64,000 bases of DNA from Fibrobacterales bacterium (GTDB lineage: Bacteria; Fibrobacterota; Fibrobacteria; Fibrobacterales; JAOPTW01). Where the stretch lies: the NCBI GenBank assembly GCA_051532035.1, contig JAOPTW010000006.1, positions 160,001 to 224,000 on the forward strand, in the 5' to 3' direction. Position 1 is the first letter of the stretch. The number at the start of each line of letters is the position of its first letter. Position numbers and translations under genes: made by a program. The notes beneath the pieces are model-generated. The model did no database searches and had not been told where the DNA came from. It saw only the letters and a program-made list of their open reading frames with translations. This document shows, one piece after another, positions 10,174-19,921 of this stretch.

Positions 10174-12320
10174 GTACTCAGAAGCACATTTTAATTGTTG
10201 ATGATACTCAATCGATACACGACGACTTTCGCCATACCCTTACACGGCATGTTCACCAGACTTCTACAGCCCTCGAACTTGAAAAAGAACTCTTTGATGT
10301 ACCAAGTACTGACGAACAATTTCAAGACTTTACTTACATAATCGATAGTGCTTACCAAGGGGTAGAGGCCATTGCAATGGTACACCAAGCAGAAAAAGAA
10401 GGTAACCCTTACTGTTTAATCTACATGGATGTACGGATGCCACCGGGAATTGACGGCATCGAAACCATATATCGCATTTGGGAAGAGTTCCCTCATATAG
10501 AAATGGCAATCTGTTCTGCCTATTCGGACTATTCATGGACTGCGATTAAAGAAAAGCTCCAGCAAACGGACAAACTCATTTTCATGAAAAAACCTTTTAC
10601 CCAAGATACGATTATTCAAACAACCTATCTTCTGGCCAAAAAATGGGACACTCATAAATCGAGTCAAGGTCAAATTGCAATACTTCAACAAGAAGTTCTG
10701 GAACGGAAAAAGCAGATCGCTTCTATAAAAGGAGAGCTTGACACCATAACCCAACACTATAAAACAAACACTTTTTTGAAAAACAATTATATAAATTCAG
10801 TAAGTCAAGAGATCAAATCACCACTCAATGGTATTATTGCCATAACCGATCTCTTACTCGACACCCCTCTTGATGATGAGCAGAAAGGACTTGCTCAAAG
10901 CATTCAGACTTCAGGTCATTCACTATACGATAAAGTTTCAAACTTACTTGAATGTCAGTTAATTGATGAATCTGAAAATACTAGCGACCCTGTTGAATTT
11001 AATATCCGTTCCCTCATTGAAAACATTCTCGAACTTATTCAAGTAACTTCAGAAGATAAACAGATTACCCTCACCTCATCGCTCCACTCATCAATACCAC
11101 GAAACTGCATAGGTGAGCCGGTAAAAATAAAGCAGATGCTCATTCAATTGTTACTAGCTGCCATCGAGCGAACAGAACAGGGACGCATTGACATAAGTAT
11201 CAATCGAGATACTACCCATGACAGTAGTACGACATCACACATCATTTTTACCGTGATCGACACGGGGATAGCTCCCAGTACTGAAGAACAAGCCCAATTT
11301 GAGAGCAGTATAATTCCAGAGATGGGAGCTCCAGGGTATCGCTTGTATCTTTTTAAAGAAACCCTTAAAACAGTTAAAGGGCATACCTCCCTAGACCAGC
11401 ATTTTGATTCGGGAACCGCGTATTCATTTTCGATTCCTATAACACTTTTAGACAATGAAACCCTTGTTGAACATACATCCTCGGCCCAGGATACTATTCA
11501 AAACCTCTCCTGTTTGATTATCGGTGACAACGCAACCAATAGAAAAATTCTTTCGCTCCATCTTAAACACTGGGGAGCAAAAAGTACCGAGGTTTCATCA
11601 ATAGAGTCTGGTCTTGAGAAAATAGCTGTACTCAAAAATAGTGGTGAAGGGTACTCCATGATTTTACTCGACTTTAAAGACCCGAGTACAACGCCCTATC
11701 TAGACTTTGCGCAATTATTACAGCAGCTTAACAGCCCAACAAACCCCTATAAGCTCATCGCAATTATCCCCCAAGGCCATAAAGGGGACCTTCTTAAATT
11801 TAAAGAGGCAGGGTATAGCGCCTACCTCTCAAAACCAATTAAGCAAAAGCAACTTATTAACTGCCTCATGCTATTAAAACTCAGCATGTTCAATCAGCTT
11901 AAATTACCCAATATTATCACGAAATACATCCTTGATGAGTACTCAATGGAGCGATATACCATGCTCATTATCGAAAGTGATATCGTCTCACGGCGCCTTC
12001 TTCTCTATATTTTAACCAAAATGAGGGTCATATGTGATATTGCCACCACTTCTGAAGAAGCCATTGAAGCTCTACAAAAAAAACAGTATGATTTAGTTGC
12101 GTGTATAAATATTTCTCCCTCAATTAATGGGATGCACATATTCGAACAGACTATTCAGAGTAGAAAAACCAGACAGTGTCGCTTTATTGGCATCACTTCT
12201 GATATAGAGAAACTATGGGGAGCGCATCCAGAAGGAACAAAAGTGGACGGGATTATCCAAAAGCCATTTGATCAAGCAACTATTAGCTCATTAATGAAAA
12301 AGATGATGTCTCAGAAATAA
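10170..12320 (+). CDS. REC-pseudokinase-REC-REC hybrid protein
   Basis: Intact N-terminal REC; H-box SVSQEIKSPL lacks His; N- and G2-boxes degenerate; two degenerate C-terminal REC domains. Confidence 0.85.
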   Translation: MSTQKHILIVDDTQSIHDDFRHTLTRHVHQTSTALELEKELFDVPSTDEQFQDFTYIIDSAYQGVEAIAMVHQAEKEGNPYCLIYMDVRMPPGIDGIETIYRIWEEFPHIEMAICSAYSDYSWTAIKEKLQQTDKLIFMKKPFTQDTIIQTTYLLAKKWDTHKSSQGQIAILQQEVLERKKQIASIKGELDTITQHYKTNTFLKNNYINSVSQEIKSPLNGIIAITDLLLDTPLDDEQKGLAQSIQTSGHSLYDKVSNLLECQLIDESENTSDPVEFNIRSLIENILELIQVTSEDKQITLTSSLHSSIPRNCIGEPVKIKQMLIQLLLAAIERTEQGRIDISINRDTTHDSSTTSHIIFTVIDTGIAPSTEEQAQFESSIIPEMGAPGYRLYLFKETLKTVKGHTSLDQHFDSGTAYSFSIPITLLDNETLVEHTSSAQDTIQNLSCLIIGDNATNRKILSLHLKHWGAKSTEVSSIESGLEKIAVLKNSGEGYSMILLDFKDPSTTPYLDFAQLLQQLNSPTNPYKLIAIIPQGHKGDLLKFKEAGYSAYLSKPIKQKQLINCLMLLKLSMFNQLKLPNIITKYILDEYSMERYTMLIIESDIVSRRLLLYILTKMRVICDIATTSEEAIEALQKKQYDLVACINISPSINGMHIFEQTIQSRKTRQCRFIGITSDIEKLWGAHPEGTKVDGIIQKPFDQATISSLMKKMMSQK

Positions 12321-12340
12321 ATAGGTATTATTATAACATT

Positions 12341-13651
12341 ATGGAACGATTAACCAGCCGAATACTTGTAGTTGATGACAACGCCTCGATACATGATGAT
12401 TTTAAGAACATCATTACCGAGACGAATAAGTCAAAAAATAAAAAAACAGCTCAACTTGAAGGTGAGTTGTTTGGCATTGCATCAACAACAAACGAGATTG
12501 TCGACGCCTATGAGTATCAGATTGATGATGCGTATCAAGGTGAAGAGGCAGTGCAGATGGTCGACACTGCAGAAAAAGCTGGCAAACCATATTCCCTCAT
12601 TTTTATGGATGTCCGGATGCCTCCGGGAATTGATGGCATCAAGGCAATACAAATGATATGGGATAAGTACCCACATATAGAAATGGTTATTTGTACTGCA
12701 CACTCAGATTATAAATGGAATCAAATTGTTGATATGTTTGGTCAGACAGATAAACTGATCTTTATGAAAAAGCCATTTGATAGTGTATCAGTAAAACAAA
12801 TGGCTATGACTCTGTGCACAAAATGGCAACTTGCACGCACCAATGCTGAACATGTCCACCATCTCGAAGAAGCCCTATTAGAACGAAAAAAAGCAGCGCA
12901 AGAGCTGAAACTCGCCAAAGAGCGTGCGGAATCGGCAAATATTGCGAAGTCTGAGTTCCTTGCCAATATGAGTCATGAACTCAGAACTCCAATGCATGGA
13001 ATCTTGAGTTACTCACAATTTGGTATTAAAAAATATGACAACGAGAACAAAGAAAAAGTTCTCGACTATTTTAAAAACATCAATGCCTGTGGCAAACGGC
13101 TTATGGACCTGCTTAATGACCTACTGGACCTCTCGAAACTTGAGGCCGGAAAAATGGACTACAATTTCGAGCAGAGTGACCTCCTCTATGAGCTTCGCTT
13201 AGTACTTTCTGAGTTTCACGCACTGATACAAGAGAAAGGGGTCTTAATTGATGTTGCTGAACCTTCCTGCTCACTCTCTGTACCCATTGATAAAATGAAA
13301 ATTAATCAGGTATTTCGAAACCTCATTTCAAATGCTGTAAAATATTCACCAGAGGGCAAGACCATTCAAATCACTTTCAATGAGTCTACCACCGACAACA
13401 AAGCCTTTCTAAACTGTTCTATTACCGATGAAGGTGTTGGAATTCCTGACAATGAATTAGAACGCGTCTTTGATAAGTTTATCCAGTCGAGTAACACAAA
13501 AGATGGATCAGGCGGCACCGGTCTTGGCCTTGCTATTTGCCGTGAAATCATCTCGGCTCATCAAGGTACTATTCGGGCCATGCACAACCCAACAGGTCAA
13601 GGGTCACAGTTTACCTTTACAACCCCCCGAGAACAGACCCCACCTGAATAA
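12341..13651 (+). CDS. Cytoplasmic REC-histidine kinase
   Basis: REC (IFMDVRMPPG), FLANMSHELRTP, NAVKYS, DEGVG, GTGLGL. Confidence 0.92.
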   Translation: MERLTSRILVVDDNASIHDDFKNIITETNKSKNKKTAQLEGELFGIASTTNEIVDAYEYQIDDAYQGEEAVQMVDTAEKAGKPYSLIFMDVRMPPGIDGIKAIQMIWDKYPHIEMVICTAHSDYKWNQIVDMFGQTDKLIFMKKPFDSVSVKQMAMTLCTKWQLARTNAEHVHHLEEALLERKKAAQELKLAKERAESANIAKSEFLANMSHELRTPMHGILSYSQFGIKKYDNENKEKVLDYFKNINACGKRLMDLLNDLLDLSKLEAGKMDYNFEQSDLLYELRLVLSEFHALIQEKGVLIDVAEPSCSLSVPIDKMKINQVFRNLISNAVKYSPEGKTIQITFNESTTDNKAFLNCSITDEGVGIPDNELERVFDKFIQSSNTKDGSGGTGLGLAICREIISAHQGTIRAMHNPTGQGSQFTFTTPREQTPPE

Positions 13652-13720
13652 TATCAATTCTCTATTGCCCACTCTACAGATCTATGTTATACTCAAGAAG
13701 ATTACCCACTTGGGATATAT

Positions 13721-14998
13721 ATGAGAAAAACACGCATCCTCTATGTTGACGATGAACAACAGAATTGCATTGTTTTTAAAGCGACGTTTAAAAGTAAATA
13801 TATCATTACCACTTGCACCTCTGCTACAGAAGCCTTGGAACTCATTAAAAATGATACCTACCCTCTAATTATCTCTGACTATAAGATGCCCGACATTACT
13901 GGAGTAGATTTTTTTCATCATTCTCTCAACTCCTCACCTTCATCCATTCGTATTTTAGTAACAGCATACAGCGATGTTGATACCCTTGTGAGCGCAGTAA
14001 ACCGAGGATACATCTTTCAATTTATCTCAAAACCATGGAACGACAAAGAACTCGGCATCGTCATTGAGAACGGACTCAACAAATACTATTTAGAACAGGA
14101 GAATAAAGAGCTCTTTAATCAAATTTCACTCTACTCAAAAGACCTTGAGTCACTCCTTAAGAAAAAAATCCATGATCTGAAGGAGAGCAACACCCTCCTC
14201 AACAATGAAATTATCGCTCATAAAGAAACCATCGACAAACTAGAAGGGGCAATCCAAAAATCCGAAGAGGCCAATGAGGTTAAAAGCTCGTTCTTAGCAA
14301 ATATGAGTCATGAGCTACGCACCCCAATGCATGGGATACTGAGTTTCGCACAACTCGGTATCTCAAAAGCTGAAACCGCCCCTATTTCAAAACTTGTTTC
14401 ATACTTTCAACACATCAATAATAGTGGTCAACGACTTCTCACTCTACTCAATAACATTCTTGATCTGGCAAAGCTGGAATCTAAATCCATTGACTACTAC
14501 TTTACTGAAAACAGCCTTCTCCGAGAAATTGATGCCGCTACCCATGAATTTATGGTGTTACTCGATTCAAATAATATTAAAATAACGCTTATTGACAATC
14601 TTAATGAATCACGATTTGTTTTTGATCAGCTCCGTGTTGGACAAGTGCTGAGAAACCTCATTCTCAATGCAATTAAATTTTCACCAGCAAATAGCACTAT
14701 TACCATATCCCTCGACAACACTACCATAACAGAAAATAACCCACCGACACCTGCTGTACAGTGTACACTTCTCGACCAGGGAGTCGGCATACCTAATGAA
14801 GAACTCGAAAATGTATTTGACAAGTTTATTCAAAGTAGCAAGACCAATAATGGAGCTGGAGGCACTGGCCTTGGTCTCTCGATTTGTAAAGAAATCATAG
14901 AGGCTCATGGTGGGGCTATTTGGGCTGAAAATAGAGAGGGTAAAGATGGAGCTGCCTTCATTTTTGTTCTACCGCGCACTCAAGTGAATAATTCCTAA
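13721..14998 (+). CDS. Cytoplasmic REC-histidine kinase
   Basis: REC (ILYVDDE, IISDYKMP, KPW), FLANMSHELRTP, NAIKFS, GTGLGL. Confidence 0.92.
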   Translation: MRKTRILYVDDEQQNCIVFKATFKSKYIITTCTSATEALELIKNDTYPLIISDYKMPDITGVDFFHHSLNSSPSSIRILVTAYSDVDTLVSAVNRGYIFQFISKPWNDKELGIVIENGLNKYYLEQENKELFNQISLYSKDLESLLKKKIHDLKESNTLLNNEIIAHKETIDKLEGAIQKSEEANEVKSSFLANMSHELRTPMHGILSFAQLGISKAETAPISKLVSYFQHINNSGQRLLTLLNNILDLAKLESKSIDYYFTENSLLREIDAATHEFMVLLDSNNIKITLIDNLNESRFVFDQLRVGQVLRNLILNAIKFSPANSTITISLDNTTITENNPPTPAVQCTLLDQGVGIPNEELENVFDKFIQSSKTNNGAGGTGLGLSICKEIIEAHGGAIWAENREGKDGAAFIFVLPRTQVNNS

Positions 14999-15086
14999 TC
15001 ACCAACTTCGCCGTGCGAATTGTATAAAGTATCACCCAGTTATTTCTATATTTGAGACCTATTCTACTCCTTGGTCATTCACGTCT

Positions 15087-15605
15087 ATGCCCCAACATGC
15101 CTCAGTACATTTTATAACAGGTGGGCAACGCTCAGGTAAAAGTAGCTTTGCCCATAATCAAGCCGAAAAGCTCTCTCCACATCCATACTATCTTGCAACA
15201 GCGCGAGTATGGGACGCGGACTTTAAATCCCGCATTGATCGCCACAAATCTGATAGAGGCTCTCATTGGACAACTATTGAAGAAGAAATCAACCTCGATA
15301 CCCTTGACCTTACCGAAAAAGTAGTGGTGATCGATTGTATCACTCTCTGGCTAACAAACCTATTTCACGACGCATCCTATGATGTTGATGCTGCGCTCAA
15401 TCAAGGAAAAAAGATATGGGATCAGCTGCTTCTACACGAGTGCACTCTGCTTGTTGTAAGTAATGAAATCGGAATGTCTATTCATGCAGAACATGAAAGT
15501 GCTCGTAAATTTACTGACCTTCAAGGTTGGATGAATCAATATATTGCACACCGATCTCAGAACGTCAGTCTTATTGTTTCGGGAATCGAACTCAAGGTAA
15601 AATAA
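15087..15605 (+). CDS. cobU: Adenosylcobinamide kinase / cobinamide-phosphate guanylyltransferase
   Basis: ITGGQRSGKSSFA, YLATA, RIDRH, IDCITLWLTN, VSNEIG. Confidence 0.95.
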   Translation: MPQHASVHFITGGQRSGKSSFAHNQAEKLSPHPYYLATARVWDADFKSRIDRHKSDRGSHWTTIEEEINLDTLDLTEKVVVIDCITLWLTNLFHDASYDVDAALNQGKKIWDQLLLHECTLLVVSNEIGMSIHAEHESARKFTDLQGWMNQYIAHRSQNVSLIVSGIELKVK

Positions 15606-15607
15606 CC

Positions 15608-16366
15608 ATGCTCTCAGAAATCAAGACACTCCTCCACTGTATCCGTTTTTTTACTCGGATCCCTGTACCACAGTGGGTAGGCTACAGCGATGACTACCAA
15701 TATAGGTCTACAAAATATTTGCCGCTCATCGGTTATATTGTTGGAGGTGCATCTGCTCTTACATTCTATCTCTGCTCAACCTCTCTCTCCATCATACTCT
15801 CCCTCATCATAAGTACCATTGTATCGATCATCCTCACCGGAGCATTTCACGAAGACGGTCTGGCCGATTTTTGTGACGGCTTTGGAGGAGGCTATGGAAA
15901 AGAAAAAATACTTGCTATAATGAAAGATAGTCGTATTGGTACCTATGGTTCTGTTGCGCTCATTTCAATACTCAGCTTAAAGATAGGTTCCCTCGTAGAA
16001 ATTCCTATCGCTCAGCTCCCCATCATCATTCTGGCAGGACATTGTTTTAGTCGATTCATTCCCCTTTTACTTATGCGTACAACCTCTTATGTGAGTATAC
16101 AAGGAAAATCGCATCACCTTCAAAAGAGCATCCCCTCTCTCTATCTTTTTTTTGGGTTACTCACTCTCGCCCCTCTCTCTATATGGATTCCATGGCAAAT
16201 ACTTCTCATTAATTTTGTAATATGTGTCATTATTCTTACAATATTTAGATACTATATTATGAAGCACATAGATGGATACACCGGCGATATATTGGGTACG
16301 GTACAACAAGTGAGTGAAATCATCTTCTATATAGGGACTATTACTATTGGAGCACAGTTCTCATGA
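15608..16366 (+). CDS. cobS: Cobalamin synthase
   Basis: FFTRIP, TGAFHEDGLADFCDGFGG, IMKDSRIGTYG, GYTGDILG; start moved to ATG 15608. Confidence 0.95.
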   Translation: MLSEIKTLLHCIRFFTRIPVPQWVGYSDDYQYRSTKYLPLIGYIVGGASALTFYLCSTSLSIILSLIISTIVSIILTGAFHEDGLADFCDGFGGGYGKEKILAIMKDSRIGTYGSVALISILSLKIGSLVEIPIAQLPIIILAGHCFSRFIPLLLMRTTSYVSIQGKSHHLQKSIPSLYLFFGLLTLAPLSIWIPWQILLINFVICVIILTIFRYYIMKHIDGYTGDILGTVQQVSEIIFYIGTITIGAQFS

Positions 16367-16911
16367 CACTTACGCTTATAAGGCATACTTCAGTTGCAAC
16401 ACCTAAAGGAATATGTTATGGGATGACCGATGTCGCTCTCCACGACACATTTTCTTCAGAGGCCGATACTCTTAAAAAAAAACTGGGCACCACAAGCTTT
16501 GAGACAATTATATGCAGCCCACTCACTCGGTGCACTACCCTCGCACACACTCTCTTTCCCGAATCACCTATAACTACTGATACACGTATTGCAGAAATGC
16601 ACTTTGGTGACTGGGAGATGGAAACATGGGATTCCATATACAACTCAAGTGATGGGAAAAAATGGTTCAAAGATTATATCACTCTCCCCTGCCCCAATGG
16701 TGAGTCATTCTCTCTGCTTATGATACGAGCAGCTGCATGTATCGCATCATTACCCCAGCATTCATCAATTGCCGTCATCACCCATGCTGGGGTTATCCGT
16801 GCACTTCTTGCAACCTATACCTCTCTTACTCCCACAGAAACATTTGATCAGTCTATTGAATATGGAGAGATCATCACTCTTGAAATTCCCTCGTCAACGG
16901 AGACTCTATGA
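16363..16911 (+). CDS. cobC: Alpha-ribazole phosphatase (histidine phosphatase family)
   Basis: LIRHT, SPLTRC, EMHFGDWE, PNGES, ITHAGVIR; cob context. Confidence 0.88.
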   Translation: MTLTLIRHTSVATPKGICYGMTDVALHDTFSSEADTLKKKLGTTSFETIICSPLTRCTTLAHTLFPESPITTDTRIAEMHFGDWEMETWDSIYNSSDGKKWFKDYITLPCPNGESFSLLMIRAAACIASLPQHSSIAVITHAGVIRALLATYTSLTPTETFDQSIEYGEIITLEIPSSTETL

Positions 16912-18386
16912 ACTCAACAATTTTGAAACCAATAATGTTTGTCGGAACCGGATCAGACGTAGGAAAGAGTGTTATCAATGCTGCCTTTTGTAGAATATTT
17001 AAACAAGATGGACACACGCCTGCACCATTTAAAGCGCAAAACATGTCACTCAACAGCTATGCAACACCAGAGGGACATGAAATTGGGCGCGCACAAGCCA
17101 TGCAGGCAGAAGCTGCAGGAATCCCCTGTTCTGTCTCGATGAATCCTGTACTTCTTAAACCCAATTCCAATATGGAAGCTCAAATAGTACTCAATGGTAA
17201 ACCATGGGCTAACAAAACAGCTCTTGATTATTTTAATGGTACCGACAGAGATTTTCTCTTCGCAGAAGCAATGAAAGGTTTCGATGACCTCGCCTCACGA
17301 TTCTCTCCTGTTGTAGTGGAAGGAGCAGGAAGCATCTCAGAAGTAAACCTTCGCGATAGAGATATTACCAATATGCGTGTTGCCGTAGAACGAAATGCAG
17401 ATGTCTACCTTATTGCCGATATTGATAAAGGAGGCGTTTTTGGCTCTGTTTATGGCACACTCGAACTTTTGCCAGCCAATGAACGTGCCCTCATAAAGGG
17501 AATCATTATCAATAAATTTAGAGGGGATAGTGCGCTCTTTGAAGATGGTCGCATTCAACTTGAAGAACTCACTGGTCTCCCTGTCGTCGGTGTTATTCCC
17601 TACTTTAGAGATATTATCCTCGACGATGAAGACTCGGTGATTCTTGACCTCAAAAGTGGCCAAACCCCTCAAGTCAAACAACTTTCCATAGTTATTGTAC
17701 TCTTAAAGCAGATGTCGAATTTTACCGATTTTGCCGCACTTGAACGCATTGATTCTATTTCAGTACAATATAGTGCAAATCCACAAACAATAGGCGATGC
17801 AGATATTATCATTATTCCTGGATCTAAAAATTCTATCAGTGACCTTAACCACCTAAGAGAGTCAGGACTTGCCACGGCAATACTCAATGCATATGATGCA
17901 GGAAAGTCTATCTATGGTATTTGTGGTGGATTTCAGATGATGGGTCAGTCAATCCACGACCCCTATGGCATGGAAGGGACTACTACAACTATGCCCGGCC
18001 TCGGAATTATTCCAGTAACAACAACCCTCACCAGAGAGAAAACCACAGAACAATGCACCTTTACTTTTAAAGGCTATTCGACTCCCTGTACCGGATATGA
18101 AATCCATATGGGTGAAAGCACATCTGAATCTCCGTCACCACTTTGTACTATTAATACTGTGTCCGAAGGTTACTATCTGAGTGATCGAGTCTGGGGAAGT
18201 TATATTCATGGTATTTTTGATAACCATGATATCGTCTCCTCAATCTTAAAAAGTGCCGGCTATACAGAAGACATAGAACCTTTTGATATCACCACATTTA
18301 AAGAGACACAATACAATAAACTTGCTGATGTTGTGAGAGAACATTGTGATCTTGAATATATGTACACCCAACTCTCTAAGAACTAA
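16908..18386 (+). CDS. cobQ: Cobyric acid synthase
   Basis: GTGSDVGKS, PFKAQNMSLNS, MNPVLLKP, EGAGS, SNFTDF, GICGGFQM, GYEIH, YIHGIF. Confidence 0.96.
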   Translation: MNSTILKPIMFVGTGSDVGKSVINAAFCRIFKQDGHTPAPFKAQNMSLNSYATPEGHEIGRAQAMQAEAAGIPCSVSMNPVLLKPNSNMEAQIVLNGKPWANKTALDYFNGTDRDFLFAEAMKGFDDLASRFSPVVVEGAGSISEVNLRDRDITNMRVAVERNADVYLIADIDKGGVFGSVYGTLELLPANERALIKGIIINKFRGDSALFEDGRIQLEELTGLPVVGVIPYFRDIILDDEDSVILDLKSGQTPQVKQLSIVIVLLKQMSNFTDFAALERIDSISVQYSANPQTIGDADIIIIPGSKNSISDLNHLRESGLATAILNAYDAGKSIYGICGGFQMMGQSIHDPYGMEGTTTTMPGLGIIPVTTTLTREKTTEQCTFTFKGYSTPCTGYEIHMGESTSESPSPLCTINTVSEGYYLSDRVWGSYIHGIFDNHDIVSSILKSAGYTEDIEPFDITTFKETQYNKLADVVREHCDLEYMYTQLSKN

Positions 18387-18482
18387 TAGTTACTTTGAAA
18401 CTTCTAAGAAGACACACTATTAGACATTCATTTTTAACCCACTATTTCTATCTTTGTACTATGTATATTAGGAGAATGTAGT

Positions 18483-19004
18483 ATGGAAAAGAAAGGCCTC
18501 CTTCTCATCAACACCGGAGAAGGAAAAGGGAAATCGACTGCTGGATTTGGCACGGTAATACGCAGTCTTGGACTGGGTAAAAAATGTGCAGTAGTACAGT
18601 TTATTAAAAGCCCAAAATCAACCTGTGAATCCACTTTTTTTGAATCAGTTCCTAATATTGCCTTTCATTCAATGGGAAAGGGATTTACTTGGAATAGTAA
18701 AGACCTTGAAATAGATAAGCAAGCAGCCAAAGAGGCTCTTGATCAAGCAATCGTCTACCTTAATGATCCTGAATATTGGACGGTAATGTTGGATGAAATT
18801 ACCTATGCGGTCAATTACAATTTTATTGAACTTCAAACGGTGCTTGATGTACTTGAAAATCGCACCCCAGAAACGAATGTCATCCTTACTGGCCGAGATT
18901 GCCCACAAGGCCTCATAGACATAGCTGATTGTATTTCTGAAATGAAAAAAATCAAACACCAATTTGACGACAAGATACCTGCTCGTAAAGGAATTGACTT
19001 TTAA
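18483..19004 (+). CDS. cobO: Corrinoid adenosyltransferase (CobO/CobA/BtuR)
   Basis: NTGEGKGKSTAGFG, VQFIK, GKGFTW, LDEI, ILTGR, KGIDF. Confidence 0.95.
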   Translation: MEKKGLLLINTGEGKGKSTAGFGTVIRSLGLGKKCAVVQFIKSPKSTCESTFFESVPNIAFHSMGKGFTWNSKDLEIDKQAAKEALDQAIVYLNDPEYWTVMLDEITYAVNYNFIELQTVLDVLENRTPETNVILTGRDCPQGLIDIADCISEMKKIKHQFDDKIPARKGIDF

Positions 19005-19921
19005 TGAAGCACATTTTTTTCATACTGCTTCTCATCATAACGACAAATAATAGTGGTGCAGAAACGATCTATCCATTTTCAATTATCATTAATAGTGAAA
19101 AAATAACGGTATCCAAAGAACCTCAACGTATTATTTCGATGGCGCCCAATATGACTGAGACACTTTTTGCTCTCGGTGCAGGGTCAAAAGTTGTTGGTCG
19201 TTCATTCTATTGTGACTATCCTGCCGCCGTAAAGAACCTCCCCAACATTGGTCATCTGTACGCCCCTAATCTAGAAAAAATACTAACACTTAAACCGGAC
19301 CTTATTATTGCCGCAACTCACTATTCAGAACGATCACTTACCGTACTGAGACAAGCGGGTATTCCAGTTATCTCTCAACCAACACCAATCTCAATTTCAG
19401 AAATTTATTCTTATATAGATCGAGTAGGGTCTATAATTAATCACACCACTCAAGCACACACTCTCGTGACTGACCTTAAAAATAAAATGGATTCCATTAC
19501 TCGACTCACCGATACCCTCACTCATAAACCATCAGTTTATTATGCGGTTGGTGCAGGTCGTGGAGGAGAATATACCCCTGGTGGAGATACCTATTTATCA
19601 GACCTCATCTCATTATGTGGTGGTAGAAATATTGCACAAAAACTTACAGGCTGGCGCTATAATATTGAAAATCTCCTCATAAATGATCCACAAATAATTA
19701 TTGGGGACTCATTGACCTACAAAACAATGACTAATCAGTCAAATTACCAGAATCTTACGGCAATAAAATCTAAAAATTATATAATTATTGAAAAAGAACT
19801 CTTCACACGTATGGGCCCTCGTCTCATACAAAATGGTGCTGATACTCTTTTAAAAATATTTCATCCAACGGTGTATAAAGATTCCAGATATGGTCAGTCA
19901 ATCAAAACAGTTTCACACTAA
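19004..19921 (+). CDS. btuF: Cobalamin ABC transporter substrate-binding protein
   Basis: PQRIISMAPNMTETLFALG, VVGRS.YCDYP, NLEKILTLKPDL, RMGPR; B12 context. Confidence 0.85.
   Translation: MKHIFFILLLIITTNNSGAETIYPFSIIINSEKITVSKEPQRIISMAPNMTETLFALGAGSKVVGRSFYCDYPAAVKNLPNIGHLYAPNLEKILTLKPDLIIAATHYSERSLTVLRQAGIPVISQPTPISISEIYSYIDRVGSIINHTTQAHTLVTDLKNKMDSITRLTDTLTHKPSVYYAVGAGRGGEYTPGGDTYLSDLISLCGGRNIAQKLTGWRYNIENLLINDPQIIIGDSLTYKTMTNQSNYQNLTAIKSKNYIIIEKELFTRMGPRLIQNGADTLLKIFHPTVYKDSRYGQSIKTVSH

Noticed and set aside
10170..12320. Pseudogene call for the degenerate hybrid kinase
   Set aside because: The reading frame is intact over 716 aa and the N-terminal REC is fully conserved; treated as a pseudokinase instead
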